Assembly (NCBI RefSeq): GCF_964194025.1
Contig: NC_134480.1
Span: 4,898,001-4,962,000 of the forward strand
Direction: 5' to 3'
Length of the DNA stretch: 64,000 nucleotides
From: Convolutriloba macropyga
Lineage: Eukaryota
Shown here: in pieces, positions 1-13,904 of the stretch
Numbering within the stretch: position 1 is the first letter of the stretch
Layout of the letters: every line of letters begins with the position of its first letter
Position numbers and translations under genes: made by a program
Notes under the pieces: generated by a model
The model's database searches: none
Told to the model about the DNA's origin: nothing
Seen by the model: the letters and a program-made list of their open reading frames with translations, nothing else

Positions 1-210
1 ATATAGATTTTGTTAAATAGATTACTTAAATAAATAATAGTAATTTATTAAATAGATTTGTCTTGAACGTGTTCACATACAATATGTTTTCAGATAGTAA
101 TGCGCTAGGGACATTGATCAATTAGTACAGACGTTTAGTAGCCAGTTATCACTTATTGTACTTTAATCAAAGCCCCGTCCGTCCCTAGCCGGGACGGGTG
201 GTGTCATCAC

Positions 211-900
211 ATGAGGTACCACCTATACAAACGTTCATCCACTCGATATCTGCTGACTGCTGATAACCAGTGCGGAGAACTGCGATTCCCTAACTTCAAT
301 GTTCTCTCCATGTCCGGAGCACATGTTAACCACGTCCACAAGTTCCTTCCCCAAAAAGGCCACTTCAATTTTATTGCGATAGTCTTCGGCGGGGACGACC
401 TGTTCGATAACATTGAAAACTCGAGTAAGCAACCACAGCAAGTAGCTGACTAGTTCGGAAAATTTGTCCACAAACTTCTCCAACTATCAAACTTCGCATA
501 CGGCATCGCCATACCACCGCTAGGAGAAAACGATCCGAATATTAAACGAAAAGCAAAAACCACGAACGATCCGATAAAGATGCATAAGAAGCAAGCCAAG
601 AAATACAAACAGTGGGTGTACCGTGAAGTCACAAACAAAATGTTCTCCAGTGCTAGATCTGTTTCATCTAGGACCAACGCGACCCGGCTGACTGTATAAT
701 CCTGAAAGAGAATAATTGAAGGGAACGACCTGTACTCTGTGAGGCGAGGATATCTGGAAGTGATCGAGTGTTCTGTTACCTGCACCTGTGGAGCCTTCAA
801 CCAATAAGTCAAGTGAGAAGTTTGTAGTAGCCGATTATTCGTTTCTGCAGTTTGCCGGACGATTACACACTCAGTAGTAAAAATTGTCACACATCTAAGA
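211..900 (+). pseudogene. LINE ORF1 remnant, SGNH/GDSL esterase-like
   Basis: LLTADNQ...SGA...IVFGGDDL resembles SGNH blocks I-III (GDS / G / GxND) of esterase-type LINE ORF1s. In-frame stop at 451-453. The end coordinate is approximate. Confidence 0.5.
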
Positions 901-928
901 CAATGAAGAATGCACAAACTAGTCTAAC

Positions 929-3450
929 ATGTACTCTAGTCGCGATTACGAGAACGAATGGCTTCACCTAATCCAAAACAATAACTTCAAACAAACTTTC
1001 AGATTTGAAGATCAAATAAGGAGCGTTAATAAATTTACTTATTTTCTTAATAAATTAACTCCAATCCTGGATCAGGTCAAGAATTGGTTCAGGAGTGACC
1101 CAAAACTACAACTTGAATGGAAAAAAATGCTCCGATCACCTAGCATTCAACAGTAGAATTTTCTATTAAAACCAGCAGAAACCAAATGTAAAACAGTCTA
1201 AATATGCTTACAACCGCATAGACTAAGATATATTTAACGAGTCGATCTTTAATAATCCATTTCATCCTTTGTGCTTTAGCAACGTCGATGAGCTACTAGA
1301 TCACTGGTGCCGGTGGTTTGACCAACTGTTTAGTGAAAATGTAACCAAAATAACTGCTCCCCGAGCAAGTCTTCCACCATGGGTGACACCGGCCAGTTCG
1401 AACAAAAAGATGAAACTAGAGAGTCCCAGGAAAACTGCAGTTAAAACCAAAAAAACATCACTGATTGTTAAATTGCTTCGAACAAAAATTGGAAAGTAGA
1501 ATTAAAAGTGACCAAACAATTTTTGAGGACGAGACATTCAAATCTCGCCATTTCGGTAAAATACAAAAAAAACATTCGCAAGCTGAGAAAAGCTCCTGCG
1601 TTTCCCTATGAAATGTACCTGGAGGAAAAAAAAGCTACAAATGACTCTGAAAAAGCTAAACTCTGCAATCAATTTTTTCAAAGTGTTTTTAAGCCCAATG
1701 CTGACGGGAGCTTGATCAGTGGTTCTAATAGTTTAGCCGGTCATCAGTTTTATGGTACGGCTCACTGTATTGGCTCGATTGACAGTGAACAGGAAGATAG
1801 TTTTCACAATCCTGTAGCCGGTCATCGGTTTCAAGCTAGTGGAAATGAAAAGAAAAACCTTGCTCAAGACTGTGTTGCCGGTTATCGGTTTTGCAGTAAC
1901 GGACTAAGTAAAATAGATTGCACAGTCGAACAGATCGAAGAATTGATGACGAAATTAGATGTAAACAAAGCTAAAGGACCCGATAGCATCGGAAAGATTC
2001 AATTGAAAAAACTGGCACCGACGCTAAGCTAATCGCTACTTCTCACCTTTAACACATGTTAGAACAAGGGGAATTTCCCCGAAAAGTGGAAAACTAGTGT
2101 CATTGCTCCATTGAACAAAAAAGGTGATACCATCATGTTCTACCTCCCGATAAAATGCTTGTGCTGTACCTCCAGGGTTCTAGAAAACGTTATCTTCAAC
2201 TGCCTCTACAATGCAATCCCAGATTTCTCCATTACTCGCAATTCGGTTTCAGACAACTCAAATCTTGCATTGTTGAAATAATCTGCTTCCTCGCTAAAAT
2301 TTACATAACCAATGACACCAAAGTGCACGAGGAATTAAATGTATTCTACATAGACTTCGAGAAAGCATTCGACAAAGTTCCACACGACATAGAAATAATA
2401 AAACTTAAACTGTTGGCAATCAGGGGAAAAGCGCTAATGATCATTACGGATTATCTCGATAACAGAAGACAAATATTCCGAGTCGGTGATTGCTTGTCGA
2501 GTGAACGGGATTCCACTAGTGGAGTACAGCAAGGCTCAGTGCTCGGGCCTCTGCACTTTTTTTCTACATCACCGACTTTCTAGAAGTAATTGAACACAGT
2601 ACCTGTTTTGGATATGCAGACGATTACAAGCTGATTGCCAACTTTTCTGCTAACTGCCCTGTTCAACTTGAAAATAATCCAGCGAGCCTTTTCAACTGGT
2701 GTCAAGAAATTTGGACGAATCTTCACGAGAGCACATAGAACATACTGAATTTCAAAAAAACTTCCTTTGTACAAATGAATCAAAAAAATGTGAATGTGGC
2801 ACAAAATTAAAAGGGCTTGCGAATCATTGTATTAGACACTCTAAACTGGAAGAAAAATGCAAACAGGCGTCACTACAATTCACTACGAGCAATGCGGTCA
2901 CTTAAAAGAAATCCGTCATCGTCCTTTCCGATGAAATCCAGGCCCATCTCTTACATCGGCTATATTGTTCCCATAATCAGGTTTGGTATCCATGAAAAAC
3001 AGACCTGAGGATAAAAGATAAACTTCAAAAAGACGCCACGAAATGGATATTCTGGTCTGAACCTCATTACAAAGAGCAATTCACAGAAACAGAACTGTTA
3101 CCATTGTCACTCTACGCTTAACTCCAAAATTTTTTGTTGTAGTGCTCGATTATTTATGGAAGGCTCGCCATCTAAATAAGCACTTTCATCATTATCAAGT
3201 CAAACAAGAGAACAAGCACGAACAACGAGATTGTAAGACAGAAGAACAGACTACAAAAAACCGATTAAAACTTTTGGCATACAGTAGCAATTTTTTTGGT
3301 ATCGAAATCAGTCAACCCGCATTAACCAATTGGGAGAAAGCTAACACCACGAGAACCTACTGAAAATTTTTTTACAAGCACTGCAATCAACATAACCTGG
3401 AGAATACTCTGTTTTTGTAGAAACTGCAACCCGCATAACAAACTTGTCCA
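929..3450 (+). pseudogene. LINE ORF2 remnant (reverse transcriptase; endonuclease largely lost)
   Basis: ORF pieces 1269-1499 (PPWVT), 1508-2032 (KAKLCNQFFQSVF, KAKGPD) and 2155-2583 (RT core), followed by YADD after a frameshift. Many stops and frameshifts. Confidence 0.85.
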
Positions 3451-3504
3451 ACGAAGATACAGAATGGGTACTAACAAGGACCCCGGCTTGAAACCGCAAA
3501 CCTG

Positions 3505-3539
3505 CACTACTTCTACTACCACTACTACTTCTACTACTA
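3505..3539 (+). repeat. (CTA)n-like 3' tail of the LINE
   Basis: cactacttctactaccactactacttctactacta lies directly after the ORF2 remnant and abuts an unrelated - strand element. Confidence 0.75.
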
Positions 3540-3559
3540 ATAGGTTTGCTGGCGTTCCT

Positions 3560-6053
3560 GTTCGACATCAGTGAACACTCGCATCATATGATGCATATCT
3601 TGTAGCTTTTGTTTCACTGTCAAAACAGAGCTACTTTAAGTTGTCTATATTGTGGTCTGTGGTTAGCTATAGATAAAGTCCATATACGGTAGTGACCGTA
3701 GAAAACTTAAAGCCATATACGCTGGGCTTTTTTGCTACACCAAAAATTGATGGGCTGTAGGCCATCCTCACTAATTGAAGAAAACTTGTCAACTCATGTT
3801 GGTATTGGCCTATGTAGTTTCAGACACATTCTTCCATTGTTCGATTTCTTCTATCAATCATCGCGTTCCTTGTGGGTGATAGGATGTTGTGGATGTACCC
3901 TAAATTCCTAGCTCACTACAAAGACTACGGATTAAATTAGACACTAAGATTGACCTGTGGTCACTGTTTAAGTTGACTGGGTAGCCAAGTCTCACTATCC
4001 GGTGTTCATCAAATGCCCTTTTCACGGTTTTGTTTTCTGATTGTGTCAAGCAACAGAGTCCTAACTACTTCTGAATTCATCTCCATTAATCTTGATGTGG
4101 TTGTTCCACTTTCGGCCCAGGCTAGTGAACCCATGATATCGAGAGATGCTTAACAAAATGAATTATTAGGTCTTCATTTTGTGAGCGCTTGTCGATGTTT
4201 AATTCTTTCCCTTTTTAGGTACACATCACTGCTTTAACTTGAGTTTTTTATTTACGTCCTTTACGGATAATACAACTATTTACAAGCCCCCTTTTGGAAT
4301 GTTTACTCAATCCCAAAGTGACCTGCTCCAGAAGAGTCAAGCAACAGTTCAAGCGTGCCGCACGCTCTGTCGAATGATACTAGCTCTTGATAATTCAAAA
4401 TAAGGTTCTGTTTAGTGTTTTCAACATAAAATCTTTTCTATGGGACAAAGATTTTTGTACCTAATCTAGTATTTCTAAAATTCACCGCAAAATCCATTTC
4501 TTTATGTTTGCTTTTTGTTAATGACCCAAGATTATACCTCTTTGAGAAGTTGGTCACTTTCTTCTGAATCTCACAGGTCTACTCTAATTAATTTATTGTA
4601 GTTGATAACCCAAACTCATGTAGTTGATATTGCTTTCTTCTTTGTCGATGACAATAGCACTAATTAAAGCTGTTTGTTGCTAACCTTCTGCGATCATATG
4701 CGACAGACCGTCGGCTTGTGTGATCGTCTTTCTTGCTCTAAGCTTGATCCATGCTGCAAGCAGTAGTCTGGCGCCTCACAATTCTAGATCCAATAGAAAG
4801 TCATGAGTTCCCTCATAATTGTTAATAGTTTTTATATTTTGCTTAAATTGAAAAATTGAAAATAATTTCTGCTTAGTTGCTGAGTGATGAAGTTGACTAT
4901 TAATCGGATTTTTGCTAGCATACGCAATAATTTTTTTTGTTCCATGTTTTTATGCTTGAGTTAACGAAAAGCCTGTAAATGAAGAGTATGTAGACAATGT
5001 ATATTAATCGCTATCAATTGGGTATCCTAAACTGGGCTTCAATTTTGCTCGTCGTGCTCCAGGTAAATTTATTCAATTTGGTTATTAATCTATAGCGAGA
5101 TTTTACTTTTTTTTCGGAACTTGGAATAGATCTTCGGTAATAGCAAATGAATCCTAGAAAGGCACCAGCGTCTTTAAGAGAGTTTTTTTGTTTCATTTCT
5201 TCTACCGCTCTTAAGTAGTTTGAGTGGACTTTGGCTCCATATCAGATACAAAGTGTTCCAATATGCTTACCCCCTTTTGAAAATAGATTGCGTTTTGCCC
5301 CTCTACTCTAAGGTCAAATCTATGCTAAACAATGGAGAACCAACTCCAAACATTTCAAATGTTCTTCGAAATTTCTCCCGAACACGATAAAGTCGTCTCG
5401 ATAGTCTTGAGCCATTTTGTTAGAGAAGTCAGCAAAAGTAGTTCCATAAGATTTTAAAAAACTCCTTAAGAGCAGATGCTAATCCCATAGGAAGAATATT
5501 AAGATTACACAGGCCTTAAAGCGTTATAGAGGCTGTTGAATTTTGACGCACTTCGAGCACCATTTGAAAGTATCCCGATAAACAGTATATCTTAGAGAAA
5601 AACATGTTTTGCACTCGCTATTTAAGTAATTCATTAGTTTGTGGTAACCAACAGCATGTTTTTTTAACAGTTTGATTAACCACAACACTGGACAACTGAC
5701 CACGAAAAACACTGTTAGTTTTGGAACAAGTAACGATGGTGCTTCCGAATTGGAGCGCGTGGGTTCATCTAAGTCATCTCGCTCTTCACCAATCTTTTCC
5801 CAGCTTTCCCCCTCAAAACTCATGCTGCCACAAGTGCGTCGAAATGGCAGCATCTTTTTTGGTTTCTGAATAACTCCGGCCACAAACAAAATTTTCGCAT
5901 ACTTTCTGCTTAGTTTTCTAACTTGTTTCTTTCGCGTAGACAAGCTCCTTTTATATGTTTAATGTTTCCGGCACATGCGAGTCTTGAATTCTTGTAATTT
6001 TTATGAGTTCTTATGTGGGTGTGAGAACACAAATTCAAACGACATAACCAACC
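3560..6053 (-). mobile_element. Decayed Ty3/gypsy pol (RT-RNaseH-integrase)
   Basis: Manual - strand translation gives, in order: SEAPSLLVPK, FFSKIYCLSGYFQM, LPMGLASA, YRDDFIVFGRNFEEH (~5360-5405), FLGFICYYRR, SATKQKL (RNase H, ~4865-4885), TTSYHPQG (integrase, ~3865-3890). This is the gypsy domain order. Confidence 0.85.
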
Positions 6054-9000
6054 AAGGCATTTAGCAATCTCGCTACCAATAAATATGACTTTTCTTACAA
6101 ATTTTTTATGGCTTCTTCCACAAATTGATTTGTCGTGTCTGCTTTGTTGATCAAAAACAATAATATTTTTATAGACTTAAGACTTAGCTATTACGACGTA
6201 ATTATTAATCATATGCTGCATTAAAAAAGATTTGTAACTCCTTGCTCTGATAATAGTACCTTTAAACTTTTCCCATTTTTCCAGCAAAATAGATAATTTT
6301 TTTCTTGGATTTTAAGTAGAATCCCCAAACTTGTATGCAAACCATGCCAAAAGAAAAAGGCATTATCATAATTGTATATACTAGATAGTCAGCTGTTAGT
6401 TGAGATGTTAATTTCTGAATTTTGACATGAATAAATGTTGGCCATTTAACAGGCATTTTCCACTGGTTTGCAGCTATTAAATCTTTATTGCACACTATGA
6501 TCTTTTTCGGCTGTCCAATTTCCTTTAAGAGTGGTTCGCTTATAATATTAACACTACTAATAATATCAATTATTGTCTTTAATAATTTGTTTCATATCAA
6601 CAGCTAACAGCGCCTTTCAACTAGTTTTCTTTTGATTAATGTGAATTTCATTTCAAATCAGTTGGAATCTCACATTCTAAACACTTCATGCATTCTCTAG
6701 ATTCACGATTTCGTTGATCCCAACAGCGACATATCTATTTCTCACCGCAGCTGGACACAACTCTTTTCCGGCCAATCTTGCATTCTGTTTTCGTCGGCCC
6801 GTCTTGGCAATCGAGTTCTGTTGTCGTATTTGTTTTGTCCACTGCTATTGTCATTTCTATTTCTACCTTCAGTTTCTCTTTTAGCATCGCATTCCATCGC
6901 ACTGAAAATTTTTCGACCTTTTTTTCTACAAAAAAATTTTTGACTGTCTTCTTTTTGTTGCTTATCGGCATTGATTACTGTTCCTTTTCTTTGCAACCTT
7001 TGATTTTATGACAACACCTCAAGCTTGAAACATAACTTTCTAAATCTTTGCATACCTTGAACGGTTCCTATAACAGCATTTTTGAGGAATGAAGCGCCAT
7101 CCCTATGTCATTCAAAAGCTTTTATTTTCGCAATTAATTCTGTTATTCTCTTCGACGCCCGAAACAACTTTTTTACTCAAACTCAACAGTTCTTATATCT
7201 TTACGACATTGTCTTTTTTTAGTAGAATTTTGATAAAAACTGAGTTTTAATAGTGTCTTCAAAAACATCTGCTCAAAACTTAATACATTTCATTTTGAAC
7301 GCTATTTTTTATCCAAAAAACATGCCAGACGCAATTTATGCTACTCGAATTTTTAAAACGTACTTATTGGAAAATTCAAAAATTGTGTCCTTTTTGGACA
7401 AATCCTGACAACAGTACACGTTTTTTCTTTCTCGCTTTGAAATTGACACTTCACACTCAAATAAAATGTAGATTTTCAAGCAAAAAAGATATTTCTTTGT
7501 TATGGTTACAACGCTCAATAGTAGCGGATGGTAGTCTGTCACACCTTTAGAATACATCCCTGCGCAATATATTTTACTTCCCTGAATAGAACGTGGTAAT
7601 TGCGAAAATACAATGAAAGAATTTGAACTAATAATTAGATCTGCAGAAACCGAAATTGTTATTTTAAATAAGTTTCAATTGATTTGTTTTTCTCGGAGGG
7701 TAGTATTTAGGAAGGCATTTAGCAATCTCGCTACCAATAAATATGACTTTTCTTACAAATTTTTTTGGCTTCTTCCACAAATTGATTTGTCGTGTCTGCT
7801 ACGTTGATCAAAAACAATAATATATTTATAGAAGATTTAGCTATTACGACCTAATTATTAATCATGTGCTGCATTAAAAAAGATTTCTAACTCCTTGCTC
7901 TGATAATAGTACCTGTAAAATTTTCCCATTTTTCCAGCAAAATAGATCATTTTTTTCTTGGATTTAAAGTAGAATCCCCAAACTTATATGCAAACCATGC
8001 CAAAGGAAAAGGCATTATATTAATTGTAGTTACTAGAAAATCAGCTGTTAGTTGAGATGTTAATTTCTGAATTTTGACTTGAATAATTGTTGGCCATTTA
8101 ACAGGCACTTTCCACTGGTTTGCAGCTATTACATCTTTATTGCAAACTATGATCTGGTTCGGCTGTCCAATTTGCTTTAAGAGTGGTTCGCTTATAATAT
8201 TAACACTACTAATAATATCAATTATTGTCTTTAATAATTTGTTTCTTATCAACATTTTAGCTAACAGCGCCTTTCAACTAGTTCTCTTTTGATTAAAGTG
8301 AATTTCATTTCAAATCAGTTGGAATCTCACATTCTAAACACTTCATGCATTCTCTAGATTCACGATTTCGTTGATCGCAACAGCGACATGTCTATCTCTC
8401 ACCGCGGCTTTTGATTGCTGGACACAACTTCTTTTCGGCCAATCTTGGCTTCTGTTTTCGTCTGCCCGTCTTGGCAATCAAGTTCTGTTGTCGTATTTGT
8501 TTTGTCCACTGCTATTGTCATTTCTATTTCTACCTTCAGTTTCTCTTTTAGCATCGCATTCCATCGCACCGAAAACTTTTCGACCTCTCTTTTTACAAGA
8601 AAGTTTTTGACTGTCTTCTTTTTGTTGCTTATCGGCACTGATTACTGTTCCTTTTCTTTGTAACCTCTGATTTTATGACAAGACCTCAAGCTTGAAACAT
8701 AACTTTCTAAATCTTTGCATACCTTGAACGGTTCCTATAACAGCATTTTTGAGGAATGAAGCGCCATCCCTATGTCATTCAAAAGCTTTTATTTTCGCAA
8801 TTAATTCTGTTATTCTCTTCGACGCCCGAAACAACTTTTTTACTCAAACTCAACAGTTCTTATATCTTTACGACATTGTCTTTTTTTAGTAGAATTTTGA
8901 TAAAAACTGAGTTTTAATAGTGTCTTCAAAAACATCTGCTCAAAACTTAATACATTTCATTTTGAACGCTATTTTTTATCCAAAAAAAATGCCAGACGCA

Positions 9001-12000
9001 ATTTATGCTACTCGAATTTTTAAAACGTACTTATTGGAAAATTCAAAAATTGTGTCCTTTTTGGACAAATCCTGACAACAGTACACGTTTTTTCTTTCTC
9101 GCTTTGAAATTGACACTTCACACTCAAATAAAATGTAGATTTTCAAGCAAAAAAGATATTTCTTTGTTATGGTTACAACGCTCAATAGTAGCGGATGGTA
9201 GTCTGTCACACCTTTAGAATACATCCCTGCGCAATATATTTTACTTCCCTGAATAGAACGTGGTAATTGCGAAAATACAATGAAAGAATTTGAACTAATA
9301 ATTAGATCTGCAGAAACCGAAATTGTTATTTTAAATAAGTTTCAATTGATTTGTTTTTCTCGGAGGGTAGTATTTAGGAAGGCATTTAGCAATCTCGCTA
9401 CCAATAAATATGACTTTTCTTACAAATTTTTATGGCTTCTTCCACAAATTGATTTGTCGTGTCTGCTACGTTGATCAAAAACAATAATATATTTATAGAA
9501 GATTTAGCTATTACGACGTAATTATTAATCATGTGCTGCATTAAAAAAGATTTCTAACTCCTTGCTCTGATAATAGTACCTGTAAAATTTTCCCATTTTT
9601 CCAGCAAAATAGATCATTTTTTTCTTGGATTTTAAGTAGAATCCCCAAACTTATATGCAAACCATGCCAAAGAAAAAGGCATTATATTAATTGTAGTTAC
9701 TAGAAAGTCAGCTGTTAGTTGAGATGTTAATTTCTGATTTTTGACTTGAATAATTGTTGGCCATTTAACAGGCACTTTCCACTGGTTTGCAGCTATTACA
9801 TCTTTATTGCACACTATGATCTCGTTCGGCTGTCCAATTTGCTTTAAGAGTGGTTCGCTTATAATATTAACACTACTAATAATATCAATTATTGTCTTTA
9901 ATAATTTGTTTCTTATCAACATTTTAGCTAACAGCGCCTTTCAACTAGTTCTCTTTTGATTAAAGTGAATTTCATTTCAAATCAGTTGGAATCTCACATT
10001 CTAAACACTTCATGCATTCTCTAGATTCACGATTTCGTTGATCGCAACAGCGACATATCTATCTCTCACCGCGGCTTTTGATTGCTGTACACAACTTCTT
10101 TTCGGCCAATCTTGGCTTCTGTTTTCGTCTGCCCGTCTTGGCAATCAAGTTCTGTTGTCGTATTTGTTTTGTCCACTGCTATTGTCATTTCTATTTCTAC
10201 CTTCAGTTTCTCTTTTAGCATCGCATTCCATCGCACCGAAAACTTTTCGACCTCTCTTTTTACAAGAAAATTTTTGACTGTCTTCTTTTTGTTGCTTATC
10301 GGCACTGATTACTGTTCCTTTTCTTTGTAACCTCTGATTTTATGACAAGACCTCAAGCTTGAAACATAACTTTCTAAATCTTTGCATACCTTGAACGGTT
10401 ACTATAACAGCATTTTTGAGGAGTGAAGCGCCATTCCTATGTCATTCAAAAGCTTTTATTTTTGCAATTAATTCTGTTTTTCTCTCCGATGCCCGAAACA
10501 ACTTTTCTACTCAAACTCAACAGTTCTTATATCTTTACGACATTGTCTTTCTTTAGTAGAATTTTGATAAAAACTGAGTTTTAATAGTGTCCTCAAATAC
10601 ATCTGCTCACAACTTAATACATTTCATTTCGAACGCTATTTTTTATCCAAAAAACAAGCCAGACGCAATTTATGCTACTCGAATTTTTGAAACGTACTTA
10701 TTGGAAAATTCAAAAATTGTGTTCTTTTTGGACTAATCCTGACAACAGTACACGTTTTTTCTTTCTCGCTTTGAAATTGACACTTCACACTCAAATAAAA
10801 TGTAGATTTTCAAGCAAAAAGGACATTTCTTTGTTATGGTTACAACGCTCAATAGTAGTGGATGGTAGTCTGTCACACCTTTAGAATACATCCCGGCGCA
10901 ATATATTTTACTTCCCTGAATAGAACGTGGTAATTGCGAAAATACAATGAAAGAATTTGAACTAATAATTAGATCTGCAGATACCGAAATTGTTATTTTA
11001 AATAAGTTTCAATTGATTTGTTTTTCTCAGAGGGTAGTATTTAGGAAGGCATTTAGCAATCTCGCTACCAATAAATATGACTTTTCTTACAAATTTTTAT
11101 GGCTTCTTCCACAAATTGATTTGTCGTGTCTGCTACGTTGATCAAAAACAATAATATAATTATAGAAGATTTAGCTATTACGACGTAATTATTAATCATG
11201 TGCTGCATTAAAAAAGATTTCTAACTCCTTGCTCTGATAATAGTACCTGTAAAATTTTCCCATTTTTCCAGCAAAATAGATCATTTTTTTCTTGGATTTT
11301 AAGTAGAATCCCCAAACTTATATGCAAACCATGCCAAATGAAAAGGCATTATATTAATTGTAGTTACTAGAAAGTCAGCTGTTAGTTGAGATGTTAATTT
11401 CTGAATTTTGACTTGAATAATTGTTGGCCATTTAACAGGCACTTTCCACTGGTTTGCAGCTATTACATCTTTATTGCACACTATGATCTGGTTCGGCTGT
11501 CCAATTTGCTTTAAGAGTGGTTCGCTTATAATATTAACACTACTAATAATATCAATTATTGTCTTTAATAATTTGTTTCTTATCAACATTTTAGCTAACA
11601 GCGCCTTTCAACTAGTTCTCTTTTGATTAAAGTGAATTTCATTTCAAATCAGTTGGAATCTCACATTCTAAACACTTCATGCATTCTCTAGATTCACGAT
11701 TTCGTTGATCGCAACAGCGACATATCTATCTCTCACCGCGGCTTTTGATTGCTTGACACAACTTCTTTTCGGCCAATCTTGGCTTCTGTTTTCGTCTGCC
11801 CGTCTTGGCAATCAAGTTCTGTTGTCGTATTTGTTTTGTCCACTGCTATTGTCATTTCTATTTCTACCTTCAGTTTCTCTTTTAGCATCGCATTCCATCG
11901 CACCGAAAACTTTTCGACCTCTCTTTTTACAAGAAAATTTTTGACTGTCTTCTTTTTGTTGCTTATCGGCACTGATTACTGTTCCTTTTCTTTGTAACCT

Positions 12001-12700
12001 CTGATTTTATGACAAGACCTCAAGCTTGAAACATAACTTTCTAAATCTTTGCATACCTTGAACGGTTCCTATAACAGCATTTTTGAGGAATGAAGCGCCA
12101 TCCCTATGTCATTCAAAAGCTTTTATTTTCGCAATTAATTCTGTTATTCTCTTCGACGCCCGAAACAACTTTTTTACTCAAACTCAACAGTTCTTATATC
12201 TTTACGACATTGTCTTTTTTTAGTAGAATTTTGATAAAAACTGAGTTTTAATAGTGTCTTCAAAAACATCTGCTCAAAACTTAATACATTTCATTTTGAA
12301 CGCTATTTTTTATCCAAAAAACATGCCAGACGCAATTTATGCTACTCGAATTTTTAAAACGTACTTATTGGAAAATTCAAAAATTGTGTTCTTTTTGGAC
12401 AAATCCTGACTTTAGTTCACGTTTTTTCTTTCTGGCCTTGAAGTTGACACTTCACACTCAAATAAAAAGTTAATTTTCATGTAAAAAAGATATTTCTTTG
12501 GAATGGTTACAACGCTCAATTGTAGCGGATGGTAGTCTCTCACACCTTTAGAATACATCCCTGCGCAATATATTTTACTTCCCTGAAGAGAACGTGGTTA
12601 TTGTGAAAATACAATGAGGGAATTTGAACTAATAGTTAGATCTGTACAAAACGAAATGGTTAAATTAAAGTTTCAATTGATTGGTTACCTCGGAGGGTAG
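6054..12700 (-). repeat. Tandem array, 4 x ~1667 bp, unit derived from the gag-protease region of the adjacent gypsy relic
   Basis: AAGGCATTTAGCAATCTCGCTACC recurs at ~6054, 7712, 9379 and 11046, and the ORF track repeats with a 1667 period. The unit encodes on - a protease-like KTIIDIISSVNIISEPLL and a Cys-rich ECMKCLEC segment, collinear with the downstream pol. Confidence 0.9.
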
Positions 12701-13149
12701 AATGGATGTTCAACGGTTGAATGAAAGCTGGACATTGTTCGGTACCAAATATCGCTTTTATCACCCTGGCAAGCTAACCATTCATGTCAATACTGGTATA
12801 ACAGTTCTGCTAATGTTGCTGGAAGTGCAAGATCTGTTCTATCAATTTTCTCATTTTTTCCCCTGACATCTGTCAACTTTATGTCAAACATAAAAAAAAA
12901 CAAATTAGTGTGTTTAATTAAGGTAAAAAATGAGGGTTTGAACTTTGTCTTATACCTTAAAACCCAAAGTTTGTTTTAGAATTGTTCTTTTTGTATATAG
13001 GGTTGACACTCACAGGACTGCCGACAAGTGCCGGTCTCTACAAACAGATATAATAGGGCTGTGAATGATATTCAGACAAAAATCTTAGACAGGGTCAGAT
13101 TTCTTTCAAATTTTTCAGAGCTAATTTCCTATTCGGCCAATTGAATGCA

Positions 13150-13800
13150 TTTTGGCACTCCCACTCCCACTCCATTTTCAATCCCACTCTTTTGGGTCAG
13201 ATTATTGCCTCCAAGAAAACGCAACTACTTTTCCATGCGCTTTATGGTACACTTGTTTATGATATGGTGGACGATTTCTCTAACTAAAAAGTGGCAAACG
13301 TCAGGGTTAATATCTCAGGTGATTTGAGGTTTTCAATGCTGTGAAATGTTTGACAGAAATTTCTTTGGCTAACCAGACAAAAATTTCGGAAAAATTTTCA
13401 CAAAATTGTTTGATTTCTTTTCTATGCTTGTCAGAATTTTTCTCCAATTGTTGTCATCTAAACCTGATGAACCTTGGTTAACATGGATTCACCTGGATGC
13501 GTTTTAATTACTGTTTCCAATATAGCAGGGTTAATATGGAAATTATTTACTCGAGAGAAAATATGAATGTGTTTAATAGATCAGTTCAACTACATATTTT
13601 CTTTAAGATTTTCTGGCGGTGAGAGGAGAGGTCTTTCGTGAAGTTGCTTTCGGCAAGAGCTACATTTTGTCTGAAATTTAAATTTGCTGCTAAAAAAACT
13701 GGCTCGCTTTCTAAAGTCACTGCAGTAGGTAAAGCAGAGAAATTTTAAAGCCGAATTTTTTTGATTTGAAATTCAAAATTTCTGCAAAAATTAATTTTTC
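13150..13800 (-). mobile_element. Possible highly decayed non-LTR (CRE/RLE-type) RT fragment
   Basis: - strand reads HVNQGSSGLDDNNWRK (~13440-13490), similar to the GPSGxDxxxWRxIL motif. The rest is too decayed to confirm. Confidence 0.3.
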
Positions 13801-13904
13801 ATAAGATGAAAAGAGAACAGATATTTGCAGTTTAATTGAACACCACCTTCAAATCGTAAATACTAGCAAAATAATATTATCAACATATCAACAGAGGGAA
13901 AGAA

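Larger units (their letters stand above)
1..3540 (+). mobile_element. Decayed non-LTR retrotransposon (LINE, CR1/L2-like); 5' end may extend beyond the window
   Basis: Fragmented ORF1 and ORF2 on +. RT motifs KAKGPDSI, QFGFR, FYIDFEKAFDKVPH, SGVQQGSVLGP and GYADDYKL (~2609-2633). Ends in a (CTA)n-like tail at ~3505-3539. Confidence 0.85.

Noticed and set aside
6262-11997. Repeated 60-100-aa ORFs as a tandem gene family
   Set aside because: They recur only because the DNA is repeated; they are stop-riddled retroelement remnants or antisense frames.
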